From Eledone cirrhosa (lineage: Eukaryota), in NCBI GenBank assembly GCA_964016885.1, contig OZ024745.1, positions 51,398,001 through 51,462,000 of the forward strand: DNA of 64,000 nucleotides, read 5' to 3'. The position numbers and the translations under genes are program-made. Positions 25,580 through 40,339 of this stretch are shown here, one piece after another. The notes beneath the pieces were generated by a model that made no database searches, was not told the origin of the DNA, and saw only the letters and a list, made by a program, of their open reading frames with translations. Every line of letters begins with the position of its first letter. Within the stretch, counting starts at the first letter, position 1.

Positions 25580-27672
25580 TCTCTCTCTCTCTCTTTATAT
25601 ATATATAGATATATATATATATATATAAATAGTTATATGGTAAGGTGTATACATTGGCTGGGTTAGTGAACACATTTAATAAAACTATACATACTTGTGA
25701 ATTCTTTTATCAATGTGATAACTCATTTTGTATTATTGATACGCAACATTATATCATACACATACGCTCGCTATTCGAGAAATCTTTAAATCAATTTTGT
25801 GCAATTTCATTGTCAATTAACGACCCTCTTAATTTTGGAATATCTGCAACTATTTTGATATAAGTATACTGTAACTAGTCTACACAGTATTTATATATAT
25901 TATATAATATTAAAATAAAGATATATAATATCAGAGATAATTAATTCATATCAACATAATTAGAGTTTTTTCGAAAGTATGATAAAGAGATGACAATATG
26001 AAATATAATCATAATTGAATATTTATGTATTCAAAAGGTAATATTACATTAATCATGCTGTAGTTCCTTCCTAGGGAATACGATTGTCACTTGGAAGATC
26101 GATTCTGAAGACAGAAGTTCGTGATCGATGAGAGTCGATCTGAGCTAGTCGTAGTCTATCTATATAAATATATATATATATATTATATATAGTATATATA
26201 GTAATATATATATATATATATATATACTATATATATATATATATAATATATATATATATATTACACATATAGTAGTAGTATGCAAGTTTCAATTACATTG
26301 TCTAGATAATACGTGTGACTATCAAATTGAAATTGACACACAACTATTATTTTAGTTTCTTTAACACCATCCAGTGAAAGACGTATTTCTATACTGAAAG
26401 TGAGAAATAATTAGTACATTCAGAACTTGTAGCTCATTCTATAAATTATTTTACTGGTAGCGTTCACATCTTTACAAGCAAGATATCGTCTGTAAAATCG
26501 ATATTATTCGCACGCTTGTACGATTTAATTTATCAACAGCATATGTAGGTAATATACCAGCCATATAATCATCTTAGAAAATGAAATATCACTCCTTTTA
26601 TATTCTAAACCAATATTATTCTCTTTACCTGGCATCATAAGAAATATTTCCCTTCAATTTAATGAAAACATGTCGGTTGTTGTTGTTGATGTACTTAATA
26701 AAAGTATTGCGCTCGTGAGAAAATCGAGATTGTCACTACCTTTGCAAAGTGTGGTGTGGTTTATTGCACAAAATTGGCTCTTCTTCTTCTTCTTCTTCTT
26801 CTTCTTCTTCTTCTTCTTCTTCTTCTTCTTCTTCTTCTTCTTCTTCTTCTTCTAATTTTGTGTTTTTCTCGAATTCAATTCGACTTGTTAAAATCTTTGA
26901 ACAGGTTTCTAAGTGATTTCATGATCATAAATGTCGACTCTACATAGGTGGAATTTATTTCAAATTCTGATAAAAAGATTGGAAGTTAGTTAAAGTAAAG
27001 TAAAAAAATAACACATCCTTTAAATATCTGAAACATCAGTCTTTGTATCAAAGTTGTCTATCAGCCTAACGTTGTTGAAAGGCATTCTGTATTAAAAATG
27101 CAGATGTTTGGTATACTGACATCATATTTTCCAATAATTGGAAAGATAAATTCAATCTGATTTGTCTATTGAATTTTGGGTATGACATTTTTATTAAAGT
27201 AGCATTCAGCTGTTGACACTACGCTGTTAATAATTATATTAATCTTCACCCCTCTATTTTTCTCTTATCATATTTTTCTCCTTTCCTCTTTTTCAAGATT
27301 TGTATATAAAACATGAGTCTATTTGACTAAACATCATATATTTACAGCACTCATTTTTTCTAGCCACTTCTCAGAATACTTGAAGTAGTATGCATTTGAT
27401 CATATTTTAAAATGGTAGATAGAGATATATAAACGGAAAATAAAGTGTAAAATATATTTTCAGACATATGAAGATATGTATGAATTACGAAGTGAGGAAA
27501 TATACATCTGCCTTTCGGTAAATTATTCATATCTTTATATAGATTATCGATAGTTGTATGTATGTATGTATGTTTGTGTGTATATATGTATATATATATA
27601 AATCTCTCTCTCTCTCTCCACACACACACACATGCACACACACATACACACACACAGACACACATATATATA

Positions 27673-27752
27673 GGCGCGTGGCTTAGTGGTTACGACGTTG
27701 GGCTCACGATCGTGTTGTGAGTTCAATTCAAGGAGTGGGTGGTGCGTTGAGT
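27673..27752 (+). mobile_element. tRNA-derived SINE head fragment (second family)
   Basis: GGCGCGTGGCTTAGTGGTTA (A box) and GAGTTCAATTC (B box). Confidence 0.6.
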
Positions 27753-28009
27753 AAAAGAGTTTGTGATGTCGTTAAACAAATGAGTTGCAATTTTACTGGT
27801 GCTAAGATGTCTTTGCCTACTTCTTGAACAACATACGTGACATGGGATTGTGTGCATTGAAAACAGCCAGAGTCACACAGAACACGCATTGCTCGGGCTT
27901 GTGCCTCGGATGGGTAATTTCTATGTGCAAAATAAATGGTCGCACGTGTGTGAAGAGGGCTTTTATCCTTTACTTATATATGAATTGTCTGCTTAAGAAT
28001 TTGGCAAAT

Positions 28010-28195
28010 AATTGTTTCTACTTTTGGCACAAGGCCAGCAATTATCCAGTACATTACTGGTACTTTATTTATCGACCTCGTAAGGATGAAAGGCAAAGTT
28101 AACCTCGACGGGATTTGAACTTAAACCGTAAAGGGACGTAACTATGCTAGAAAGCATGGCGTCCGACTCTCTACTGATACTGTCAATTCACCGTC
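28010..28195 (-). mobile_element. tRNA-derived SINE with 18-bp TSD
   Basis: Reverse complement of the 47450 family; aagaatttggcaaataat at 27995-28012 and 28196-28213. Confidence 0.85.
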
Positions 28196-30955
28196 AAGAA
28201 TTTGGCAAATAATGAGATGTAGAGTGTACATCGATTCAATTTTATTTCCTGATATATAGATGTGCTGATAGCTTACTTTTATATTAAGATTTAATTGATT
28301 AGTCATGTTACAGGAATTAATAAAAGAATATAGAAATTTATTTTGCGTATATGTTAATTAATTGTTTCCCTCAGAACCAACTAAAGTATACATGGATGTG
28401 GGTAGAATTAATATATCTATTCAAGCCTTTGTGGGGATATTAGGGAATTGTTAAATTAATCAGGCTAGAATCAGCGGAAAAGTGAAACGCTTTGTGATAA
28501 TGGTTACTGTAATTATTCAAGCTGAGCATGATCAATCAGTTAAATGACTGAGAGCCGCCATGTTAAAAAGGTAGCGTGCCTCCAAGTACAATACATCTTT
28601 CGAGCCTACATTGTTTGGTGTTAATCTGTGTCCACATATTCGAATACGTATTATTCAAGTTTTAACCAATTTACTTTTGCAAGTAAAGCAAATCGGTCGT
28701 GATCTGTCGTCGATATGGACGTACACAGCTTTGACCTCTTCCAGTGATATTACTGGCCTATCCGATGATACAGTATTTTGAAAATATAATCAGACACTGT
28801 TCTTAAAGTGTGACAAAAACAAATAAAAAAAAAAACAAGAAACGAATAAAAAAGCAACCCTCCCCCCCAAAAAAAACAAAAAAAAACAGCACAAAGTGTT
28901 ATGATAGGAGAGTAAACATCTGTATTCAAAGATATTATCGAAATAAAGTTCTATACAACCATAGGTTTAAGAGGAAGACTGACAGAGAAGAAAAGGATGT
29001 TTGATTCTACCCCTACGCTCTTCGTTGAGTTTGTTAGCCGGTTTTGTTTCATTTCAATTATGATACTCTTAGCTGGCCCTACGCCTCAACAATACCAAAA
29101 TATGGCTGTTTCCGTGACGTTTAGCCACACGGAAGTCTCGATGGATCATACTTATGATCAAAGTTATTCCAGTCAAGCTGATCTCATCTATTTTGTATTT
29201 ATTAGGAACCAAGTTCCACCCGAACAAACGTGTTTCTATTAAATAATTTAGATTGTGAATAAAGCAATATCTATATACTTTTATTTAGCTTCCCGGGCTA
29301 ACACGTAGAAACAGTCTTCCTCATTCACTTGTGTAGAGGTTCAAACATGAGCTCACATGGAATCAACTCGAGAATTCTGCGGATTTCGTAACGAAGTTAA
29401 CATTATTTTAAATACATAAATTATTGTTAATTTGTTTATATTTTCAACTCTTCAAAACTATTATTTAACTTGAACAGATATCAATTTTTTTAACATTGCA
29501 TCTTATACGTAGTGAGTAAATTGTTTGCTAACAATAAATTTTCCTCCCTCTTCAAACACTATGTCGCAAAATATAAAGGATAAAGAAAAAGAGAACTATA
29601 ACGCAGGCAAATTACGGAATATTAGTATTATTTATGTTAAAAAAAGGAAAAATATAAATATATGTCGTCTTTCATGGATAAAATAGATATGGAAGGAACT
29701 CCACATTTATATAAACAATATTTTCGATCTCTATACACATTAAAAGGTGTTAACATATATATAATTACGATATCGACAGTCAATAGCTGTGTAGTAATAT
29801 GTTCTTTTTATATGCTCCTGTATTTTATATATCGGCCACAATATGGCATTCTTCAATTTCAATTAATTCAAAAATTCAAATAATAATAACAATCTTTCAT
29901 TACATGAATATTTCTTTTATTAAATAACAATGCCAGATTTGAAATATTAGCATATATTGAAATCAATTTTCAATAACATTAAAAAACGTGTCTCGATATT
30001 GAATAAACCTAGTATGTACTACAGGGAATTGGCAATAAATGATTGAATCTTATGTTTTGCGCAATAATTGAGATTAGAAAATCATTGGTAAGCAAACTTC
30101 AGAAATTATTGAAGAGACGAGACAACAAGCCAAATTTAAATCAATATATTTGGTAGCTGTAGAAAGAAGTAATGACATGTCATATAAATAAAATAGGATT
30201 TGTGTCTAGAATGAGTATCCTCCAAAGATTTATGAACTGCTATATACTCTGCTCTTCTGGTAATCAATTATAGAAGAAAATATAATTGCCCAGGTTTAAA
30301 TTGTTTAGGTGTTAATACAAGAAATTACTAAAGTAATTGTCTCAATATAATGTTTATTTCTTTTTAAATATAGGCTCAATATACACACATTAAGGGACGG
30401 TAACTGTTTTGTTTACATCAAAGATATTTTATATATTTTCAGTTAAATTTTTGTGGCACATTGATATATTTATATAGAGATAAATTAAAATTTATATGAG
30501 ATTAATAATCACTATTTTTGCCTATCCTATTAGCGGCTAGCAATAAATCCCCTCATGTATATATTGAAATATGTACTTCTTATTTCCTCTTAAGTTCATG
30601 AAAGCTGTATATTGAGGTGAACAATACCGTAAGTTAGAAGAAATTACATTCTCATTGTAGCATGATATATTATATGTTGAAAATAAAATATTATAGTAAT
30701 AAATATGTTATTTAGTCTGATATACATTCTTAGGTATAAGGTGAATCATTTGTACGCAGTCGGATATATAGTGTACATATTCACCTCAGCACACACACAC
30801 AGATACACACATACACATATCGACCACTCCTATATATATATATATATCCATGTGTGTATGACGGGTGGGAGAATAGAGTATTCAATATAGAAGCAGAGTT
30901 TTAATATTCATTTTCTTAAGGGTAAATAGTGAGTCATGTAATACATGCATACACG

Positions 30956-31026
<71 letters not shown>

Positions 31027-31128
31027 TACTCCAGTGTAACAGGACTCACTATTTAGCCTTAATAAAATGAATATCACAATTCTACTTCGGTATTGAATAC
31101 TTTTTTCTCCAACCCGCCAACCATACAT

Positions 31129-31352
<224 letters not shown>

Positions 31353-31391
31353 TGATATATCCCTTGATGAAGTATCATACATTGTTATTAC

Positions 31392-31577
31392 GTGGATTGG
31401 CAGTATCGGTAGAGGGTCAGACACCATGCTTTCCAGCATAGTTACGTCCCTTTACGATCTGAGTTCAAATCCCGCCGAGGTTGACTTTGCCTTTCATCTT
31501 TCCAGTGTCGATAAAATAAAGTACCAGTAATGCACTGGGTAATTGCTGGCCTTGTGCCTAAAGTAGAAACAGTTATT
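31392..31577 (+). mobile_element. tRNA-derived SINE
   Basis: A box TGGCAGTATCGG, B box GAGTTCAAATCC, shared body; flanking repeat gttattacgtgg. Confidence 0.85.
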
Positions 31578-32961
31578 ACGTGGTCGATCATTTGTATTGA
31601 ATTGAAAGAAAAATGTAGCTATTTAAATTATTTCTAAAATATTCACAATTCAATATTTATCGGTGTCACTTACTTCATATAAAATGAGTGAAATGACGTT
31701 CCAAAAAAAAAAAAAAATGATAAATCAAAAGAACATTAACGTTGTTGACCTGAGGGATGTGCTTATCATATATTTAAATTTGAAATTATATTGCAAGTTA
31801 CTATCAAGCAAATGATTGTATGTCTGGCGTGAATATTTTCTCTTATTATCAATGGACGTTGATACTACAGGAGTTTCCAATATAATTTAGTGTTTACCAT
31901 ACACTAGTTAATGTATAGGCTTCCCCCACACACTGACACAAAAATATCATATATTATCTAACACATTAATGTAATCTATACGGATTCAACAAGAATAAAG
32001 ACTAATTACGTTTTTGTCGTGGATACAGTAGAAAGCCTACAAATTAATTCCTACTGGTGAATCGTTGCGAGTGTATGTGTACATATGTTATATCCTCAAA
32101 TCAATTGATTTTTGGTTAGATTGCAGCTGAAAATATTTTGGTGGAGATATGTAGATGCACAATATATGCTGTGAAGCGATAGGTGAATGGATATTTCCAA
32201 CATGGATTTAATATTATTACTGCCATAGAAATTCGATAAATTTTACAAATTTTCCATTGTAGTAAATTCCGATAATTGCGGTATGCTTCCGGTAATAATG
32301 TACATATATTACTTTGAATTTCATTGTTTAGAAACGTCTCACACTGATTCTTTATATGCATGTATGCATATGTGTAGTGTCTAAAACACGTGCATATATA
32401 TCCGCACACACACACACACACATAAATATATATATATTTATATATAGACTCACATGTAATTTGAAACAAAATCGTCAAAACCTAAATGACTATAATAGTA
32501 ACAATAGTCAATGACTATAATACTTGAGAAAATTGGTGGTATTCACTCGAGTCTAAAACTTAGTAGACAGAAACGTCAACGAGAAATCGAACCCAACATC
32601 TGTAGAATGTCAGGCGGTTCGTTAATCACTCCACAAATGATACCCTGCCATCTGACTGATCTTTTCCAGGAGATTATATGCCTAGAAATAGAACTGTGAA
32701 CATTATGTTACTTCAGAAAGTGTGGAATAACAATACATTAGCTGGAGAGTCTCATTTTATTATAGTGAGAATTTGACAGAGAAAGATTGGTGAACAGTAA
32801 GACTAACATAGCCTGGTTAATGATAGGGATACATCTGATGTTATATACGATATGTTTATGTATAAGAAACATATAGGAGCTTCGATACACGAGCGGGTAT
32901 ACATCAGTGATACCTATATGCAAATGAGCCTATACAGCCGATGCCTCTAACGTTTCATTAC

Positions 32962-33018
32962 CGAGTGAGTAAATATTGCTGAAGACGGATAATTAACCAG
33001 AAACATATGTCTGACTCG
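32962..33018 (+). ncRNA. Degenerate hammerhead ribozyme
   Basis: CUGAAGA cggauaauuaacca GAAA cauaug UC; stem I (cgagu/acucg) is displaced by extra bases. A decayed inverted copy lies near 32789-32822. Confidence 0.5.
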
Positions 33019-33180
33019 TTCACCAGCTACAGTAATGACTGCAACATGATCCCAGGTTAAAACATTCATATCGAGACTCTAGTATATTTACTATATAAGC
33101 ATATCACATATGCCTTGATAGTCACCCCTCTGACACACAGACACACACACACATGCGCGCGCGTGCGCAAATACACTCTC

Positions 33181-33215
<35 letters not shown>

Positions 33216-33258
33216 CATACATATCTACCTATCCATCCATCCATCTATCTATCTATCT

Positions 33259-36200
33259 CGTCTGGGATGCCACTTGCACCGACACTTTCTGCAGCTGCAA
33301 CCTTGTGCAGTCTGTGACTGATTTGCGAAGAGAAGCTGCCCTGAAAACTGTGATTTTCAGGACAATCTGAAACAAAACACGAAAACCGACTCAACTTTCA
33401 CAAGGCGAAATTGAGTTGGCTTTAAAAACTGCCTTAAAAGACATTGCTTTTATTCAGAAGGGTAGACTCTACGGGAGTTTATCCATTCTAATGAAAGACC
33501 AATTGACGGCACAGAAATATTCTGTGTCGCCAATTGTGTCACCGCTGTTCCCCTTTCTCCCCACTTACATGGGGAAAAGATCAAAGAAAATAAAAATCCA
33601 AAGTATCACACCAAATATTGATATTTGGTGGGTACTATGTGGAATTTTAAACCACGAAACAGACTATATAATATCGGTAGGTAAGTCCTCCGGCGACCTG
33701 TTCAGCGGAACTAGCCTGGAAGTTCTGGTACAAATGACACCAGATCGAATAGCTAGGATCCCGGAACGTGTGTTGCTGGGTGGGCTTATATACATAAACA
33801 TTTCAGTCGAGGGTAGGCGGCCCTCATGTCAGACATACAATCACTGCTCAAGCAGGGGTCACCTGAGAATTTCCTGTCCTCCGCTAACTAGCAAAAAAAA
33901 GGCACTACTGCCAACACCTTCAACACCAGCACAACAATCACCACCATCACCGCCACAGCAGCAACAACATGAAAAAATAGTGACAACAAAATAAACGACA
34001 AACACAGTCCCACCCAACCCCACCCCATCTAAAACAACTCCAGAAACACCCACACACATAACAGCTCCCCAAAATGTACCCCTCCCCAACAACACGGATA
34101 AGTCCTCATCATCGTCACCCAGTGACGATGAGGGAGAGCCTTTCCGACCAGTAAAAAGAAAAAAGAAAAGACATAACACAAACAAAAATGTAACAAACAC
34201 ACAAACACCAACACAAGCGACGCAAATAGCACAAACAAAAACACCCCCTCCTGAAAACAAAACACCTACTAGAAAACGTAAACACACACAAGAACCACAG
34301 ACAAAAAGCAACCCAACACAACAAAAATATTTCACCTACATAAATACTAACAATAACACTTTAACAGACACCATATATAAAAACCCTTCGGTGGCTACCG
34401 AAGGGAAAACTTTTACACACTCTTCGGAGAATCCTAATCTTAAAATGATTAGGACCTCCATAAACAGTTAAAAGAAAAATGTCCTAACGACGTAGGTAAC
34501 CCCTGCGTCAAACCCTACAATCGAGTCCTGTTAAAATGTTTCCCCACCCCCACCCCCATCCCACCAGACACCCCCTCCCCACCAACATCTCTGTCCCCAC
34601 CCCTCCAGCGACCACCACCCCACCAAACAACCCCTCCAACATCCCCATGGAAATTGTGCAGCCTGGTCCCCAGGAGACCATTCTTCATTTAACTTTTCAG
34701 CACCAACATGGCCAATATAAGAGTTGGATGTGTGAATGTACGCGGCATGGGGATGCCCTGGAAACAGGCAAACTCTTAAAAGACCTCAGGTCGCACAGTA
34801 TGGATGTAGTAGCCATTTGCGAGTCCAGGATCCACAGCGAGCGACAACTGGCCCCCATCTTCGACGACTTTGAGATCTATGCATCTCTCTGTCAGCCGAG
34901 AGGTGGGGTGGGCTTGCCGTTTTGCTGCGGAAACACCTGGACCTCGTAACACAGACGGTACATCTGGACCCGGAGGGTCGACTGGTGGTCCTAGTTGTTG
35001 ACTGTAGTGAAGGTGGAGCCTTCAGGCTAGTGGCCGCATATGCCCCATCCGGGACACCACGGCCAGACTTCTTCAAACATCTAGAGACTTTTCTGGGAAC
35101 GCCCGCTCCCTGTTGTTAGTGGGGCACTGGAATGGAATCCTAGATGCATGTTGGAACTATGTGGGAGCATGTCCCGATAGGTTGTAACAGCCTCAAACAG
35201 TTACTCGGCCGATTTGACATGGCCGATAGATATCGACTAGATTTTCCGACTGTGCCACTGTGGACGTGGACTAACGTAGCGGAACATCTAGATCGTACCT
35301 AGATAGGGTTCTAGTTAGAAAGAAGGATAGGGACATGTTAAGCTGTCCACAAATGTTCATGGTTGCCCATCCGGATCACAAATTACTGACCTGCTTAGTC
35401 GACCTTGACAAAACCCATAGAGAGGGACCGGCTACTGGAAGCTGAACTTGTCGTTACCGACATGCAAAGCCTACAGTAGACGGATTAGCACTTTAGTTAA
35501 ACAGCACTTGACAGGGGGGCCATTGTCAAAAACAGGTGGTACTCTCTCAAGAGGGCATTTAGATTAGACTCGATAGGTTTTAGTAAAGAATTAGTGTTAG
35601 ATAGAAATAAGACCGGAAAGGAACTGGTAGATAAAGTAGAAGAGGCACTTAGGAGTGGCAACGTAGCCAGCGTGCTAGCGACGAGAACGGCCTTGGACCA
35701 GTTCTTCGACGCAAAGCATGAAGGCTGCGTTGTCAGAAGCAAAATACGTGCTCTGGTAAACGAGGGAGCCAAAGCTGTTAGCCCGAGTGACGGAGGCGAA
35801 AAGTGGCAACAAATCCACGATTCGGTCTTTGAAGGACCAAGACGGACGCGTGGTACGTGAGCCGAAGCAAAAGTGCGCGGCCTTTCAGCGACACTTTGAT
35901 CAACTGCTCGGGAGGGCGGCGCGCCGGGAGGGGCTATGGATTTCGGTTCATACCTCGACGGCCTACCGCGACTCTCGGACAGCGAGGCGAATTTCTGCGA
36001 AACCCGATTTCGGCCGCTTAGATAGGGGACGCGCTGAGCCAATGTGGCAAACTCCAGGTCTCGACGGTCTACACATCGAAATTTACGTAGCAATGCCGGA
36101 CTTGTTCTCCGGTATCCTGGAAGCGGTCTACTGCAACTGAAGAATTCCCTGTTCTGTGACCAAGGGCGTAATCACGTTAGTCAGAAAGGACGAGAACAAG

Positions 36201-38294
36201 GGGGATGACAACTTCCGGCTCATAACTCTGCTCAACACAGAGTTACAGATTTTGGCCAAGGTGTTGGCAAAGAGACTGGCGCTTGTCGTCGAAAACCTGG
36301 TCGGAGAAGCGCAGTCCCGACCAGGTCCATACACGACCACCTCCACCTCATGCGATACATCACAGAGTGGGTAGGGTGTAAACCCGGCTTCGGTGGGGGC
36401 ACTGATCAACTTGGATCAGTCTAAGGCTTTCGATAGGGTTGACCATCGTTACCTGGATGCGGTGTTCGAGGCGGCAGGCTTCGGACCTATGTGCAGGGGC
36501 TGGATTGCTGCAATGCACAGCAACAATATCTGCTCAAGGGTCAAGGTGAACGGCTACCTTGGAGCCGTTCCATATCACGCGATCCATTCGACAGGGATGC
36601 CCTCTCTCCTCCCTTCTGTACGTACTGACTCTCGAGCCACAACTGCGGAAGTTGGAGCTATTGCAGGGTATCCCTTTGGAACCGGGACTGCGAAAAGCGG
36701 CGTATGCGTACGCCGACGACGTGACAGTAATGGTGTCGAGCACCTCGCAAATCGGGGAGATCGGCACGTTACTGGAGAAATACTAAAGGTTCACAGGAGC
36801 GAAGCTGAACCGGGACAAATCCGTCGGTTTGCAACTCGGAACGTGGAAAGGCAAACCGATGCCTTCCGATGACGTCGTCGGACGCTGGACGGAAGGATCG
36901 GTAAAACTGCTAGGGTTCTGGTTTGGTCCGGACCTCCAGGTGGAGAAGAACTGGGCCGAGAAGTGGGCCGAGTGCAAACTATCCTTGAAAGGTCGAGCGG
37001 AGGTGGCGAACACTTTTATAGCGTCCGTCATCTACTACCGCTTGACCGTCGTGCCTTGTCCAGCCCAAACGCTCACCAAAATGGAGCGCGTGCTCTTCCA
37101 ATTCCTTTGGAAGAAACGGGTTCCTTTGGTGAGAAGATCCATCTGCTGCCAACACCCTTCAAACGGAGGGCTGGGGATGCCGTGGCTGACGATGCGCAAA
37201 CACGTGCTCAGGCTGCGGCACCTCCACGTATTCTTCACCAGACAACCGGTGTGGGCCCCGTTCGTGAGGCGAGCATGCCCACAACTCGTCTCGCTGTATG
37301 AGCTGCAGTCCTGGGTCAAGCAAAGACAGAGGAAAATGGGCGACTGGCACATCGAATGTGCTCAAGCGCTCACAGTCCTCTGGCAAACGGACCCGGCGAT
37401 CAGTGGAGACTCCACTTCGACATTCTATAGAGGGTTGGTCCGTAGCAAGTGCGACGACACGCTCGGAGAAATTCTAGGCGTAGAGGAGGACAAACTGGCC
37501 AGTCTGTTCGGTAGGACCTTCCGCCCGGGACCAATGGACAAGTTCCAAAAGTCCCTGGCCTGGCAGTACTACCGAGGAGCTCTACCAGTTCGAGAGAAGC
37601 TCTACAGACACGAGCGCCCGGGTAGAGACCCTTCGAAAAAGACCTGTCCGAGATGCGTGCGCGATGAGGAAACCGTCGCGCACGCATTTGTACACTGCCC
37701 GCGCGTTACCAAACCTGTGGGGATATGTAAAACGACTATTGTCGCGGGTAGGACCAATCCAGTTGACCACCGAGTCCATTGTCATGATCAAACCGCCACC
37801 CTCCTTCAAAAACGAGGGAGAGGCGGTTTTCCTATGTGTTATGGCTATGGTGAAAGAGGTCATATGGTGGACGAGGTTAAAAGGGCTGAGGTCACGCACC
37901 TTTCTCTCCGGCGAACAACTGATTCGTTTTTTCAAATATCATTTTGGAAGAAGATTCAGGATGGAGAGAGAGGTGCTGTACCCCAGCACATTTTATAAAA
38001 GGTGGGTGAATGTGGCAAAGATGGTCCGAGTGGTTGGGCCTTCTCTCTATATAAGCCTGGAGGTTGAGGAAAAAGAGGAAGAGAGGAAGGGAGCACTCAT
38101 TCTTGCTGCTCCTAAAGATGAGGGTTGTACATTTTTTTTGGGTGTGTACAACCCCTGTGTAACGCCTCCCCCCCTATTGGGGATATAAATTGTTATTTGT
38201 TATTTTATTAATAGTTTTATTTTCATATACCTGTACGTAAACTCCCCATTTGTATTTGTCCCCTTATTTTGTGCCCTTGTGGCTAATAAAGAAA
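33259..38294 (+). mobile_element. L1/Tx1-clade LINE, copy 2, apparently full length but decayed
   Basis: ORF1 (33416 onward) with C..C..RGHLRISC knuckle; ORF2 fragments homologous to copy 1 (LDQSKAFDRV, YADD, CPRC..H..C) with many frameshifts; same 3' UTR and AATAAAGAA; (ATCT)n at the 5' flank. Confidence 0.9.
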
Positions 38295-38317
38295 TTTAAC
38301 TATCTATATATATATAT

Positions 38318-38388
<71 letters not shown>

Positions 38389-38876
38389 GAGAGAGAGAGA
38401 TGGTGAGAGAGAGAGAGAGAGTGAGAGAGAGAGAACGGCACCTTATATTTTGCATTATATCCTAAACGGACGGTAGTCCGTTTAGTAATATTGTTGTGGT
38501 CGTGTTTTCGTTGGCAATCGTCTGTTTACGACAGTACAGCGCGGCTCTACTTTATTTAACTGAGATAAAACTTATATGAGCATGAACAGTAGATCATTAC
38601 GCATCTTTTGGCTTAAAAATCTAGAAATTTGGTCCAGCGGGAAAAAGTTTATAATCAAAGTTTGCTAATAAATCTTGTGTTCAAGTGAGTGAGTAGTAAG
38701 CGTGACGCTAGGGGAGGTAATTCAGAAATGACGTAGCTTTGTAATTAAGCCAGTTGCCTCAACTAGATTGCAATTATACTCAAAAGAACTTTAAAATGTC
38801 AATCACTTGTCAGTAATTCACTATGATCATTTAATTATTAGATAGTTGTTGCTTGCATTGCCTTAAAAAATAGTAG

Positions 38877-39953
38877 ACCAGATAGAAAAATGCGTACAGC
38901 AAAAAAAGTAATATTGTTGGAATATAAACCTTTAAAAATACAGGACAAGAAACTAAAATAAAATTTTAAAAGAATAGGACAAGAAACTAAGATAAAACTT
39001 TAAAAGAATAGGACAAGAAACTAAGATAAAACTTTAAAGAATTGGACAAGAAAAAAAAAAATTTACAATAATATTAGTGGCAACATTTTTTTATTCGTTT
39101 CCTGTGCTATGCCCCAGTATCTTCTTGATTAGTGCATAATAATTGTCATGCTCTCATTGTGCGTTGCCCCTGAGCGGTTGGTTCTGGTTGGGGTTGGTTG
39201 GCTGAGCAGTTCTGCTCCGTCAGAATGACCATTGCAAGAAGAATTGGCCGATGCAGCTGCAGGTCTCCTCCAAGAATGCACTTCTGGTCCCGCAACACCA
39301 GACGAATATGGAGAAGACGACCGGGACAAGATGTCGACTCTGACCACCGACTACGGCACCTCCTTCAACCACCGGTCCTCCCTCCCGTCATCCCTCCAGT
39401 CCTCCTGCTCCCCCTTCCTGTACCAGAAAGCTGTGGCACGCATTCATCTGGACTGCCGGACTTGAACTCAAGGACAAGGTGCAAGGAGAAGATGAACGGG
39501 TTGGTCAAGATCAAGGATGAGCGGGACGACAAGACCGTCCGCTGCTGCTCAAGATCTGTGCTCATGGGCCCATGGGTCCATTCATATTATGCATGACACA
39601 TGAGGCGTGTCGCCGAATGATGAACTAGGGTATGGTTATGGCCCAATTGGTGTTCAAACCAGGATCCCCCGGTCTGACGACGACCTCTGAATGTGGAACC
39701 CAGAGCCTATGAATGTGGAACTCGATTTTTTACCAATAAAAATTTTGCCACTAATATTATTGTAAAATTTTTTATTTCTTGTCCAATTCTTTAAAGTTTT
39801 ATCTTAGTTTCTTGTCCTATTCTTTTAAAGTTTTATTTTAGTTTCTTGTCCTATTCTTTTAAAATTTTATTTTAGTTTCTTGTCCTGTATTTTTAAAGGT
39901 TTATATTCCAACAATATTACTTTTTTTTTGCTGTACGCATTTTTCTATCTGGT
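38877..39953. mobile_element. Foldback-like non-autonomous DNA element: ~220-bp TIRs with ~33-bp internal subrepeats around a GC-rich core
   Basis: 38877-39095 is the reverse complement of 39734-39953; ggacaagaaa occurs x4 in each arm. Confidence 0.8.
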
Positions 39954-39982
39954 TGAAGTATTTCTTGAAGTATATCTTATCA

Positions 39983-40291
39983 AAAGCAATATTCATAGCG
40001 TGGCTATATCTTTAGCAACACAATTACACTGAAATATAGACTCAGATATGCACATATATGCCTATATATATATAAACACACACAAACACACACATGCAAT
40101 ATGCATGTTATATATATATATATAAACACACATATATATAACATGCATATTGCATGTGTTTGTGTTTGTGTGTGTTTAAATATATAGGCATATATGTGCA
40201 TATCTGTATGTCTATGTGTGTGTTGTGCATATCTGAGTCTATATTTCAGTGTAATTGTGTTGCTAAAGATATAGCCACGCTATGAATGTTG

Positions 40292-40295
<4 letters not shown>
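39983..40295. repeat. Inverted repeat (~70-bp arms) with nested palindromic microsatellite core, ending in (TA)n
   Basis: 39983-40053 is the reverse complement of 40224-40295. Confidence 0.85.

Positions 40296-40339
<44 letters not shown>

Noticed and set aside
38945-39050. Regularly spaced ~33-bp repeats resembling a CRISPR array
   Set aside because: There are no unique spacers or cas genes, the context is eukaryotic, and the repeats are mirrored in the opposite TIR.
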